Source of the DNA: a virus
Lineage: Duplodnaviria > Caudoviricetes
IMG/VR virus record: IMGVR_UViG_3300028601_000027
Coordinates: 24,898 to 88,897 of that record
DNA length: 64,000 bases
Reading direction: 5' to 3' (one strand)
The notes under the pieces are model-generated. The model saw only the letters and a list, made by a program, of their open reading frames with translations. It did not search any database and was not told where the DNA came from. Made by a program: the position numbers and the translations under genes. Below, piece after piece: positions 18,518 to 27,732 of the stretch (positions are counted from its first letter, which is position 1; each line of letters begins with the position of its first letter).

Positions 18518-19140
18518 TAAACAAAATACTCCTGTATGTTTAGCTTTAAATTATTCCACTCGGATTGACTCATGTTATTTTTACACCTGTTCTCGAACCA
18601 TGTTAAAAACTGCAAGTTATCAAGCGAATTATCCCCACCTTTTGATTTTGGTATTATATGGTCTATTGAAGGCTTTTTATATTTCAATTTTCCACTACTC
18701 AACCATGCTAAGTATATTTTGCTAAACTGCTCGTCATAATAAAACCTGCTTATATAGCTTTTGTACCATTCGGTTGATACGTCCCACCTTCCTGACCTAT
18801 TGGTTATAGCATCATTGAGTAGTTTCAACTTGTCGAAATCATTGAACTGCATTAACCAATCTGTTGACACATCAAACCTCAAGTGTGTTGCCATGTTGTT
18901 ATAATTGCGCTCAATATCACAATTAAATTTTTTAACGCCTCTTAGGTTTTTTGGCTCCCTAGTTTTTATTCCATTCTTCTTTAGCACTCTTGATATTAGT
19001 TTGTGATTAGTGCCTAGCTTATCCGCTATAGAGCGCATTGAATCGCCCTTTTTGTACAATTCAACTATTACCATGTCAACACTACCATCCGATATTTTTT
19101 TCATTTCTTCTAAACAATCACCATTATATAAATCTATCAT
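18517..19140 (-). CDS. HNH endonuclease fused to the first ~25 aa of a DNA methyltransferase
   Basis: MIDLYNGDCLEEMKKISDGSVDMV, an HTH-like segment, then SIDHIIPKSKGG...NLQFLTWFENRCKN. Confidence 0.85.
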   Translation of the reverse strand: MIDLYNGDCLEEMKKISDGSVDMVIVELYKKGDSMRSIADKLGTNHKLISRVLKKNGIKTREPKNLRGVKKFNCDIERNYNNMATHLRFDVSTDWLMQFNDFDKLKLLNDAITNRSGRWDVSTEWYKSYISRFYYDEQFSKIYLAWLSSGKLKYKKPSIDHIIPKSKGGDNSLDNLQFLTWFENRCKNNMSQSEWNNLKLNIQEYFV

Positions 19141-19361
19141 AGTCGCTTTCCTTTTTGTTTAAAGGTAGGACAATCATTATATTCATTAAGGTCTTGCGGT
19201 TTATTAAAGGTTTCATCTTTTGCACCATACCAATTATAAATAGTTATTATATTAGATGGGTGTTTACAAGCATAACCCTTAGGTTGGTATCCGCCCGGTG
19301 GATTTTTTGACTCATATAGAAACTCACAATCCTTACAATACACTTTTACTTCATCTGCCAT
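19137..19361 (-). CDS. Small Cys-containing hypothetical protein
   Basis: YCKDC...CKHP...CPTF. Confidence 0.6.
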   Translation of the reverse strand: MADEVKVYCKDCEFLYESKNPPGGYQPKGYACKHPSNIITIYNWYGAKDETFNKPQDLNEYNDCPTFKQKGKRL

Positions 19362-19536
19362 ACTAATTCCCCTCTCTCATTTTCTACTTTTTCGACTATA
19401 ATTTTATTACCAGATAAGGCATCAATTTGTCCATCTGCATAAGTGTAATTTATAGTATTTAAAATAGCACCCATTATGCACACTCCAAGAGCACATCCAA
19501 CTAGCATACCTAACCAAAATCCACCACTAAAAATTT

Positions 19537-19884
19537 CTAATCTCCACTAGTCAAAAGGTTATACAAATCTTCTATACTCTCTAGAGGTATTTCACTACCA
19601 TCTTCATCATGTACTGTTAATGCTCTATCATCATATTTCTCTTTGTTGTTACGCTCACCAAAATCTAATTCCCATAACCAATAATTAATCCACTTAGTAT
19701 CTTGGTCATCGAATATGTATTCTAGCAGTTCAATGTTTTGTTGTAAGAGTTGCTCACCAAAATTAATAATACCATCACAACTAATGACATCTTCTAGTCT
19801 TCTAGTGTCTTTGATGTACTTCTCAATAGTCTTAATCTTACTCTCAAATTCAGTGTAGTTCATGTTAATCCTCTTCGTTAGCAT
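19537..19884 (-). CDS. Hypothetical phage protein
   Basis: WINYWLWELDFG pattern. Confidence 0.7.
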   Translation of the reverse strand: MLTKRINMNYTEFESKIKTIEKYIKDTRRLEDVISCDGIINFGEQLLQQNIELLEYIFDDQDTKWINYWLWELDFGERNNKEKYDDRALTVHDEDGSEIPLESIEDLYNLLTSGD

Positions 19885-20395
19885 AAGACAATATAGTGTT
19901 TAATTGTTGAGATACTTCTTTCTTACCTAGTTTAATACCTTCACTAAATATGCGTTTGCACATATATTCAATAAACTTGTTTTCGTCTATAGCAGAGAAA
20001 TCAATTACAATCTCTGGAATAGGGAGTGAATTATTAGTATAAAAGAACTCTTCAGGAATAACGAATGTCTGTAAACCAACCCGCTCTAGTCCTAGTTCTT
20101 CTAACTTACCAAGTTTACATCCCCGTCTATTCCTTTTAGGATTTGCTTCTTCCTCAGAAAACACTTGCTCATACATCCAATGTTCAAAAATCCATCCCTC
20201 AAAAATCCATCCCTCTTCGTGTTTTGTATCATCATATTCACCATAAACTAATTCAATAACTTTCCCACATAGATATTTCATGCTTGGACAAAAAAAATAA
20301 CTTACGTCATCGCCTTTATAAACTAAATGACCATATCTTTCTTCGACCTTATCATTTTCTAGCATTTCTTCCCACGTTTTAACTCTAACTTTCAT
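19865..20395 (-). CDS. Hypothetical protein
   Basis: KVRVKTWEEM...MKYLCGK pattern. Confidence 0.7.
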   Translation of the reverse strand: MKVRVKTWEEMLENDKVEERYGHLVYKGDDVSYFFCPSMKYLCGKVIELVYGEYDDTKHEEGWIFEGWIFEHWMYEQVFSEEEANPKRNRRGCKLGKLEELGLERVGLQTFVIPEEFFYTNNSLPIPEIVIDFSAIDENKFIEYMCKRIFSEGIKLGKKEVSQQLNTILSYANEED

Positions 20396-20464
20396 TCCAA
20401 CCTCCCTCTCAATGGTTGTTTAATTTAAACACAACATAACACAACCAAAGCTAAATGTAAACTA

Positions 20465-21151
20465 TTATTTTCCAATCAATTCATTTACGCCATCTTCTAG
20501 CCAGTTAAATTCTCCAGTATCTAGCATCTCATTCCACATCAACCAAGCAACTAACCTGATCTCTAGGTGAGCACTCTTATCTAATCGCAGTCTAAAGAAA
20601 TTTAATAGCGACCTTAAGTTAACAGTCCATACAAAATCGACTCTAAAATTCTCTGGTAACAAGTATTTTAAAACATCATTATCCTTTTTCTTACTATAGA
20701 AATCCAGATAATTATAATACAACTCTTCAATTTCTAGTAAGTTGCGTCTTACTAATGATTGCATAAAGTATTTTTGTTTATTCTCACTCCAACCAGTTTC
20801 AGATAGATCAGGAATAACTAAGTAATCACTGGGTTCTATATTGTCTAACCCTACTCGTTTAATTTCCATAAATAGTTTATCTAATACATAGCGAGTGGAT
20901 TCTACTGTAGGACTAGCTATTCTATGTCTAGCATGTTCTTGTAGTTCTAGTCTACTACTACCACTAATATCAAAGGTAAGATTAATATGTTCTAGTACGG
21001 AACCGTGACGTTCATTTAGCTTATCATTTAGACAAACCTTCTTTAGTAGTTCTTTATTACACTTGCCATAATTAGCATATGGTTTTTCTAATGCCTTCAC
21101 TGCTACCCAAATAGGTGTATGATGTAGTAACTTCACTTTAATTTTTTTCAT
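20465..21151 (-). CDS. thyX: Flavin-dependent thymidylate synthase
   Basis: HGSVLEH, EHARHRIASPTVESTRY (RHRx7SxR), NLRSLLNFFRLR, AHLEIR. Confidence 0.9.
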   Translation of the reverse strand: MKKIKVKLLHHTPIWVAVKALEKPYANYGKCNKELLKKVCLNDKLNERHGSVLEHINLTFDISGSSRLELQEHARHRIASPTVESTRYVLDKLFMEIKRVGLDNIEPSDYLVIPDLSETGWSENKQKYFMQSLVRRNLLEIEELYYNYLDFYSKKKDNDVLKYLLPENFRVDFVWTVNLRSLLNFFRLRLDKSAHLEIRLVAWLMWNEMLDTGEFNWLEDGVNELIGK

Positions 21152-21153
21152 AA

Positions 21154-21555
21154 CTATCTCCCAAATTTATCACTATGTAAGAACATTCTTTTGCCGTCTT
21201 CTCTACCTGCTTCCCATATAGATTTAATCTCATCTATAGTAAGTCTATCCTTAATATTACCACGAATACCAAACATAAGAAACCTATCAAATTCATAGTC
21301 AGACCAACTATCACATTTTCTACACTGGTGTTTACTAGTTAGTTCTACTACGTTTCTTGGAAACCCTTCATAACAATAACTCTTATCGTTTTCTTTATGT
21401 AGATAAACACAAGTTGGACAATTATAATATTCGTTTACTTTACCGTCCATAGTTACCCCACAGTTTACATTTAGCGCCTTGTCCGAAAATACCAATGAAC
21501 ATTTCTCCATCATTGTAATATTGATAGTTAGCAGAAGAAAAATGAACACAATCAT
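21154..21555 (-). CDS. Hypothetical Cys-rich protein (real start likely ATG 21450)
   Basis: ORF overlaps upstream gene; CPTC, CRKC. Confidence 0.5.
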   Translation of the reverse strand: MIVFIFLLLTINITMMEKCSLVFSDKALNVNCGVTMDGKVNEYYNCPTCVYLHKENDKSYCYEGFPRNVVELTSKHQCRKCDSWSDYEFDRFLMFGIRGNIKDRLTIDEIKSIWEAGREDGKRMFLHSDKFGR

Positions 21556-21724
21556 GACCTATACAATGACGATCTATGATAGGACAACACTTCGACATCA
21601 TTTCATTGTCACTCTTTTGGTTGCGTTGTTCTGCTTCTTCTTGTTCAGCTATGACACATAAATCTTGTTCGATTTGTTTTTGTGATTGTCGTTGTTTAAT
21701 TTTGTAAATCATCTTTTTTAACAT
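21440..21724 (-). CDS. Hypothetical protein
   Basis: ORF downstream of TTGACA-17 bp-TATTAT promoter. Confidence 0.65.
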   Translation of the reverse strand: MLKKMIYKIKQRQSQKQIEQDLCVIAEQEEAEQRNQKSDNEMMSKCCPIIDRHCIGHDCVHFSSANYQYYNDGEMFIGIFGQGAKCKLWGNYGR

Positions 21725-21843
21725 AGTCTCTCCCTAATAATATAGTGATACCCAATAATACACTTATTTTCACTCATTGTCAATAAAAAAAGCGCATAAC
21801 AACTAAAAAGTCATTATGCGCTACAATTACATTACATTAATAG

Positions 21844-22086
21844 TTACTCTGGGGAATCTTGTTGTACTTGTTGACTACCTTGTGTGTAGATTTTCTGGAT
21901 TAGACCATTTACATCCTTAAACGATGCTTCACCCAAAATCTTAAGAGCTTGATTAACTTCTTCTACTGATAGAGTTAGTGTTACCATTACGGGTTCTTTT
22001 TCCTCTACTTCTTGCTCAGGTACTTCTACGTTTTCTTCAGCCATGTCATACTCCTTTACTTGGTTAAAATTGTAATTCACACTCAT
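21844..22086 (-). CDS. Small acidic phage protein
   Basis: ORF followed by terminator 21785-21822. Confidence 0.6.
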   Translation of the reverse strand: MSVNYNFNQVKEYDMAEENVEVPEQEVEEKEPVMVTLTLSVEEVNQALKILGEASFKDVNGLIQKIYTQGSQQVQQDSPE

Positions 22087-22109
22087 TGTAAATTACTGCG
22101 GGTTAATAA

Positions 22110-22730
22110 TTAGGATAGATCAAGTGTAACCCTCTTTAGCCATCCCCTTGCGAAATGTTCTTGTGTAGGATCATATTTCATTATTTCTAGGTAATATGAC
22201 CCTTGTAGTATATTGATTACCTTAACCAACATCTCTTCATCACCATCTATATCTAAGTATCTATTAATAGCACCTTCTGTCATACTACCATAAATACCAT
22301 CTACAATCAAGTCACTATATAATAATCCATTTCTATTTAGTACGTTTAGTGACCTCTGTAAATGTTTGACAGCCCTATTTTTACCTAAGTTAACAGCATT
22401 ATCAAACAACTCAATAGCTAGTTGTTTTGGTAAGTTGTCACCATTAAATACATCAAAGTAGTTTTTCTTATAGAACTCTTTTATTCTATATTGTAATAAT
22501 TGGTTTTCCTCTAACCTACTTACAAACTCATTTTCAAATTCTACAGAATCTTGATCGTATTCTTTAGCTACTGACCTCTTAGTATCATCTATGATTTGCC
22601 AACCACCCCAAGTAGGATGATGATTACGTGAAACCCCCCTATAAGTTTCTCCACCTCTATCTAGTCGGTGATTAGAATATGTGCCCTCATGCCCCATTAT
22701 CTTATTATAAGCTATAGTGAATTTACTCAT
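22110..22730 (-). CDS. Endolysin, glycosyl hydrolase family 108 with peptidoglycan-binding domain
   Basis: HEGTYSNHRLDRGGETYRGVS, LFDNAVNLG, LIVDGIYG, FARGWLKR. Confidence 0.9.
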   Translation of the reverse strand: MSKFTIAYNKIMGHEGTYSNHRLDRGGETYRGVSRNHHPTWGGWQIIDDTKRSVAKEYDQDSVEFENEFVSRLEENQLLQYRIKEFYKKNYFDVFNGDNLPKQLAIELFDNAVNLGKNRAVKHLQRSLNVLNRNGLLYSDLIVDGIYGSMTEGAINRYLDIDGDEEMLVKVINILQGSYYLEIMKYDPTQEHFARGWLKRVTLDLS

Positions 22731-22921
22731 TTTTTACCTATCTTTTTGGATTTACCAACCATTAATGCTAAGAACTCTACAATCTTATAGACTTTGCCTA
22801 ATTTAGTATCAGGGTTAGGAGTTTTAGTTCCTACTACAATCAAACTACATAGCACTACTATAGAACCTAACACTGATACTATTTGATCAAAATTTTCAAT
22901 TATGTTGTTTACGATTTCCAT
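22727..22921 (-). CDS. Putative holin-like small membrane protein
   Basis: TM segment; immediately upstream of endolysin with ATGA overlap. Confidence 0.5.
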   Translation of the reverse strand: MEIVNNIIENFDQIVSVLGSIVVLCSLIVVGTKTPNPDTKLGKVYKIVEFLALMVGKSKKIGKK

Positions 22922-22961
22922 AAGTCATTCTCCTGTTTGACATTGAAATACTATTAATATG

Positions 22962-22969
22962 TATTTATC
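22962..22969 (-). promoter_or_regulatory. Putative late promoter GATAAATA (one of about 10 copies)
   Basis: Same octamer at 30290, 37185, 40184, 40256, 40472, 45041, 45518, 47232, 52271, intergenic or just upstream of likely starts. Confidence 0.65.
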
Positions 22970-23115
22970 AAATAGGAGAATGAAATCACTTACCAATCAA
23001 CAACACAAATCTCCAACAGTAAATGTTAACCGAACCATTAGGAAACTTAATCTTACTAGGCTTATACCCTTTATCCAACACTAGAAAATAAATCTCTCTC
23101 CCAAACAATTTCATC

Positions 23116-23682
23116 TTAATCCTCCATCTTCAATACGATTTCTTTTCTCCAATGTAACACTTTTTCTACATAGTCATTAACATCTACCCCATTACTATTA
23201 GCACCACGATTATAAGCTAAGATAGCTTTACGCCAGTTATTATCACTTAACTCTAACATCTTAATGAAGTACCATGAACCCACTCTCACATTAAACTTGT
23301 AATCAGATAGTAAACAGTAAATTAACTCTATATCACTAGGATTAGTTCTACCAAATTTCTCAATAAACACATGAGGATACCAACGTTGCACATCTCTGGC
23401 GGCTGGTAGTTGTACTTGCATCACTCCTAGTGATTTATTACCATTAGTACTATTTCTATCTCCTACTATAACACCATACTTCTGATACTTATGATATCCA
23501 GCTTTAGTTTCCTGAAATACTATTGACGCTATTGTTTCTCCCCACCCTTGTCCTAAGTAGTTAATACTGTTCCCGTAGTTTAAGGCATAACGTAATACCT
23601 TAGTTTGAGTGTGATCTACTTGTACCGCATATCCATTAATAGCTACTAAGCAAAACACAATTAGACTAATTATTACTCTCAT
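23116..23682 (-). CDS. Lytic transglycosylase/lysozyme-like protein
   Basis: Signal-like N-terminus; VFQET, SLGVMQV, AILAYNRG, YVEKV. Confidence 0.8.
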   Translation of the reverse strand: MRVIISLIVFCLVAINGYAVQVDHTQTKVLRYALNYGNSINYLGQGWGETIASIVFQETKAGYHKYQKYGVIVGDRNSTNGNKSLGVMQVQLPAARDVQRWYPHVFIEKFGRTNPSDIELIYCLLSDYKFNVRVGSWYFIKMLELSDNNWRKAILAYNRGANSNGVDVNDYVEKVLHWRKEIVLKMED

Positions 23683-24284
23683 TTGTTTTTCAACTCCTGT
23701 TTAGTGATTGATTTCCAGTCATGTTTATCTAGCGTAGGATAAAAGATTTTGGTCAGTTTGTCAAGATATAATTTCCTACGTTTCACTAATTTCGATTCTA
23801 AGAGGTTATCACTAGCAAGGTTAAGGGTTATGTCGAATAAAGAATTAAGTATGACTACAGTAGGCATTTTGAGCCTCAGACTAAACAATTTATTGCTATG
23901 TAGTACTTCTTTCAGTTTTACCTTATGTTCTACACAATAAACCTTTAACTTATACAAATCAGTCTTATATGTTTCTACTGGAAACTTGAAATCATGCGAC
24001 ACTGATTGCCACACCTCAAAGTTATCATTTAACAATTTACTAGGGTGTGGATGTTCTTGATAGTGATAATAATATATAGCAAACATCTTTAGTAACTGAC
24101 TAGGTTTATATTTATCGGCTAACACTTGGAACAATTTACCATCAGTGTCAAAACGTTTCTCATTCCAAGCGTCAGCCAATTTGTTTCTAGAAATTAAACT
24201 AGTAGTTACATCGAACTTCTTATTGGTAAAATGAGCAATGACTGAACAATATATCCTGTAACAATAAAAACCGTCATTTGCCAT
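23679..24284 (-). CDS. T4 gp59-like helicase loader
   Basis: GFYCYRIYCSVIAHFTNKKFDV N-terminus and size; replication context. Confidence 0.6.
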   Translation of the reverse strand: MANDGFYCYRIYCSVIAHFTNKKFDVTTSLISRNKLADAWNEKRFDTDGKLFQVLADKYKPSQLLKMFAIYYYHYQEHPHPSKLLNDNFEVWQSVSHDFKFPVETYKTDLYKLKVYCVEHKVKLKEVLHSNKLFSLRLKMPTVVILNSLFDITLNLASDNLLESKLVKRRKLYLDKLTKIFYPTLDKHDWKSITKQELKNK

Positions 24285-24308
24285 TTAGTTTCACCTATCA
24301 TTGAAGTT

Positions 24309-26024
24309 CTACTCCTGAAAGAATTGTTCATAAGATTTAATCTCTACTCCTAGTGACTTTGCTTTCTTAGTCTTACTTGTACCAGAATCAGGGTTATCTG
24401 TCAACAATAAGTTTGTATCCTTATTTACACTAGACTGAATCTTCCAACCTTGTTCTTCTAGGTGTTGAGTAAGTTGTTTGCGATTATACTTATCACACTT
24501 ACCAGTAAACACTATATTACCCTTAGTTTGATTAGTTTTATCTACTGTCTTAATAGTGCAGAAGTAGGATAGTGTTTCAAACATAGCCTTAAACCTATTT
24601 CTATTTGTAACTATATTAGTAATAGATTTTTCAGCAAATCCCTCTAGTGGGGCTAAACTAGTTTCTAAATCCTCACATGCTAGGAAGTTTTCAATAGAAC
24701 CAAAATGGTCAATAAGTTTTTGACATTGTTTATTTCCCATACCTTTAATCATAGCACATTCTAATATTTGTGCTTCAGTTAGTTCTACAGTGTTTAACAT
24801 GTAGAAAATATATTCAGCAGTCTTTTTACCAAAACCATCAATAATTTCGATGTCCTCTACTTCAGCTTCAAAGTAATCATCTATTAACTTAAATCCATTT
24901 ACATATAGTTTTTCAATAGTCGAATCACTAATGTAATCAAGATCAAATACTTTAAAAATGTGTTTGAGTAGAGTTAAGTCATTGTGTACACAATTCTTAC
25001 ACACTAAGTGTACACCGTTTTCGTCTACTTCAGAGATAGACTTACAGTTAGGACAAAACACAGGCGGTAAAATGTAACTTTGTTCTACTACAGTGTGAAC
25101 GAATGGTATTATATCCCCACTTTTTATTACCTTAACTTGAGCACCAATCCCTAATCCAGCAGTCTTAACTATTCCATAGTTAGAAGCAGATACACGACTA
25201 ACGGTAGTACCATCAATATCCACAGGCTCATCCAAAATAATAACAGGATACAAGATTCCATGTTTACCTAAACTCCATTCAATGTTGCCTACTGTAGCTA
25301 ATTCACCTTCTTTATTGAACTTTAGGGCAATGATGTTATCTGGTAATAGTTCATTATCATTACTGTAATCCCCATTACCTTCTACTACTAATCCATCAAT
25401 TTCATATTCGTGATTATTTTTGTAGTACCTAAAGTTACTCTCTAGTTCAAGATAATCAGGAGTGCTATAATAGACTACCTTAGCTAAGGTTTCAAATGGT
25501 ACTACATGAATTTTAGCTAGTTCATTTGGTATAGCTTCTTTCCTATTAATCAAACCTGACACTACATTGCGAACATTTTTCTCATAGTCTGCTTGACACA
25601 CTTTAGGCATGATAGCTTCACATTTGACACTATTAATATCGCTGGTTAGTTCTAAGAAACCCAATGCACTAGTATCACAATGCTTAATGTTATCAGTAAC
25701 ATCATTACCCTCATAACCATTCCCTCTAGTTATTGCCTGAATAATATTACCATTTTTGTTTAGAATGACTTCAATACTATTTCCATCTAGCTTAGGAGTA
25801 ACAGAAAATACAGTATTACTCTTAGCCCACTTATAGAAATCATCTTCAGTTTTAACCTTTTTTAAACTACCCATTGGGGAATGATGATTTGCCTTATTCC
25901 TGAAATTACGAGTGTCTAATCCATGATCTGAGATTAGGTTAAACTCTTCATCAGTTAGGATAGGACTATCACCATTATAATATTGTTCGTTTGCTATTTG
26001 TTTTAAGTTAGCCACTATTCTCAC
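24309..26024 (-). CDS. ligA: NAD-dependent DNA ligase
   Basis: SLKKV, PKLDG, ITRGNG, IDGLVV, SGDIIP, Cys4 finger, HhH repeats, C-terminal BRCT (IVFTG...SVNKDTNLL). Confidence 0.9.
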   Translation of the reverse strand: MRIVANLKQIANEQYYNGDSPILTDEEFNLISDHGLDTRNFRNKANHHSPMGSLKKVKTEDDFYKWAKSNTVFSVTPKLDGNSIEVILNKNGNIIQAITRGNGYEGNDVTDNIKHCDTSALGFLELTSDINSVKCEAIMPKVCQADYEKNVRNVVSGLINRKEAIPNELAKIHVVPFETLAKVVYYSTPDYLELESNFRYYKNNHEYEIDGLVVEGNGDYSNDNELLPDNIIALKFNKEGELATVGNIEWSLGKHGILYPVIILDEPVDIDGTTVSRVSASNYGIVKTAGLGIGAQVKVIKSGDIIPFVHTVVEQSYILPPVFCPNCKSISEVDENGVHLVCKNCVHNDLTLLKHIFKVFDLDYISDSTIEKLYVNGFKLIDDYFEAEVEDIEIIDGFGKKTAEYIFYMLNTVELTEAQILECAMIKGMGNKQCQKLIDHFGSIENFLACEDLETSLAPLEGFAEKSITNIVTNRNRFKAMFETLSYFCTIKTVDKTNQTKGNIVFTGKCDKYNRKQLTQHLEEQGWKIQSSVNKDTNLLLTDNPDSGTSKTKKAKSLGVEIKSYEQFFQE

Positions 26025-26045
26025 TCCTTCGCTGCGCGGACAGCG

Positions 26046-26243
26046 TTATATGTTCGCTTCTTTACATTCCTGCTCCGTAACTCCAAGCGCACCCAGCACA
26101 TCATAAAGTGAGGGCCAAGTGTCACTGGCTTCATCGTACAACCCCATGTCGTCCATCATGTCTACCCACCAGTCATCGAACCCCCCATCTCGGTCTGTCA
26201 ATCTGGCGACGATCTGTATTGCTTGCTTTTGTGTAATCCTCAT
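26046..26243 (-). CDS. Hypothetical protein in GC-richer island
   Basis: ORF; stop lies in an ATATAAC box. Confidence 0.65.
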   Translation of the reverse strand: MRITQKQAIQIVARLTDRDGGFDDWWVDMMDDMGLYDEASDTWPSLYDVLGALGVTEQECKEANI

Positions 26244-26486
26244 CCCTTTATCCTTTCCTCTGCTTGTAACGACAAAGTATTTCCTTTTGGAGGTTAGCTA
26301 GAAAAGAGCGCGAGTCTGCGCCATCATATTTTATAAGGTGCTCGAAACCCCATTGGGTAACATCTTCAGCACACCGCAGCACTTCTTCATTTTTAGCCAA
26401 CTGTTCACGGAGTTCGTTTATCTCTGACTTTGATACTCTAACTTCTGGTATTTTAATTCTCCCTATAACGAGCTATGAAGGTCAAT

Positions 26487-26546
26487 ACATAACCAGCGGG
26501 TCAAGCGGACGCGAAACCCCGCGCCGCTTACCCTTATGCGTTAGAA
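26487..26546 (+). repeat. Complete attC-like (59-base-element) site
   Basis: ACATAAC-CAGC-GGGTCAAGCGGACGCG-AAACCC-CGCGCCGCTTACCC-TTATGC-GTTAGAA; 60 bp with two unpaired bases at canonical positions. Confidence 0.8.
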
Positions 26547-26843
26547 AACATCCCGGCGAACGGCGGCAATCATCTGTGCCTTGCCGTCTGCAATGGTCAC
26601 TTTGCCAATGCAGTGCGAAAGCCGCTCGGTCAGGCCGCTTGCCATCGGCATGGTCAGCATTACAACCCGGCCCAATAGGTCGGCCAGCGTCACCTGGAAG
26701 CCGTCTCCAAGGTCCACGGTTGCTGATTCGCAAACTTCTTGTGAAAGATCAAAGTATTGGTCTTCGTCGCTCTGGATGTGCTCCGGGTAGATCAGCGCCA
26801 GAAGCTCGTGCATTTCAAGATCGTCAAGTGGTTGTGTTTTCAT
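26541..26843 (-). CDS. Hypothetical cassette-like protein (MKTQPLDD...)
   Basis: Track ORF 26541-26945, but a start at 26843 avoids overlap; TAA lies inside the attC end box. Confidence 0.65.
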   Translation of the reverse strand: MKTQPLDDLEMHELLALIYPEHIQSDEDQYFDLSQEVCESATVDLGDGFQVTLADLLGRVVMLTMPMASGLTERLSHCIGKVTIADGKAQMIAAVRRDVF

Positions 26844-26865
26844 CTTCGTCCCCTTAGCTTCGGTG

Positions 26866-27216
26866 TTAGCCTTCCATCGCCAGCTTAATTGCTCGGCGCA
26901 CTGGTACAAGTGCTTCCTTATAAAATCTAACCCAATCATCTTCACCGGGCTGTGTGAAATAGTTGTCTACACAGCGCAGCGCCTCCAGCATTTCAGGCGC
27001 GGCGGCAATCAGTTTGGCGTTGGCCTCGTGTTCTTCTTTTGTAATCTCGTATTCTTGATTTTTTGCTATGTTTACCATTGCCACATGCTTTCTTGGGCTG
27101 TTCGCTGCGGCTTTTGAGTTTATTGCTGTCCGGCAATGTGTCGCGTCTGCTTCCCATGGCCCATTTGTGTGAACCGGGTAATCTTTCCCGCTGTAGGCTG
27201 TTTTGTTGTCGTTCAT
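26866..27216 (-). CDS. Phage protein with HTxGPW...ANAxLIAAAPEML motif
   Basis: HTNGPW and EANAKLIAAAPEMLEAL; AAGGAGG RBS. Confidence 0.8.
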   Translation of the reverse strand: MNDNKTAYSGKDYPVHTNGPWEADATHCRTAINSKAAANSPRKHVAMVNIAKNQEYEITKEEHEANAKLIAAAPEMLEALRCVDNYFTQPGEDDWVRFYKEALVPVRRAIKLAMEG

Positions 27217-27378
27217 CTTACCTCCTTCGCTACACGGACAGCGTTGTCTTTCATTTTACAGCAAACTCTCTTCGCTTATAACTTCACCGTCGAGCAACAA
27301 CTGAATATTAATGCAGTCTGAGTACATAGACCCGCTATCATCAAGCCCTCCGGTGTAACTGCTGTTGACCTCTTTGTT

Positions 27379-27621
27379 TTATCTGTTTAAAGAGTTCCAC
27401 TTTATTTCTGCTGACATCATTGCACGTGAAAACTGGCTCTTTTCGATATCGTGCCCGTTTCCTTTATCTAGGTCTCGGTCATTATATGTCTCAACAGACA
27501 CACTAACTCCACACTGACAAAAAATGCTAGCAGTGCTTGTGTGGTAAAAACTACCATCAGACTCATATTTGTTTTTTGTTGGTCTAGACCCGCAACTTTT
27601 ACAATTTGTTAATTCCCACAT
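27379..27621 (-). CDS. Lar-like Zn-ribbon hypothetical protein
   Basis: LTNCKSCG...IFCQCG...AEIKWN. Confidence 0.55.
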   Translation of the reverse strand: MWELTNCKSCGSRPTKNKYESDGSFYHTSTASIFCQCGVSVSVETYNDRDLDKGNGHDIEKSQFSRAMMSAEIKWNSLNR

Positions 27622-27630
27622 ATCGGCCTC

Positions 27631-27681
27631 CAGCTAATCAACCGGACTGCCAACGCAGCCGGTTATCGTTGATCGTTATTT
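27631..27681 (+). repeat. attC-like element, one end box degenerate
   Basis: ATCAACCGGACTGC-CAAC-GCAGCCGGTTAT...GTTATTT stem with the same unpaired C and A. Confidence 0.65.
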
Positions 27682-27732
27682 CCACAGCTTGCCGCAACTC
27701 AACTTACCCTCTGGACATGCTTAAATCTCCTT

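Noticed and set aside
27676-27720. Possible 3' remnant of a second thyX (ACPEGKLSCGKLWK)
   Set aside because: Only 14 codons with upstream stops; the similarity is too short to support
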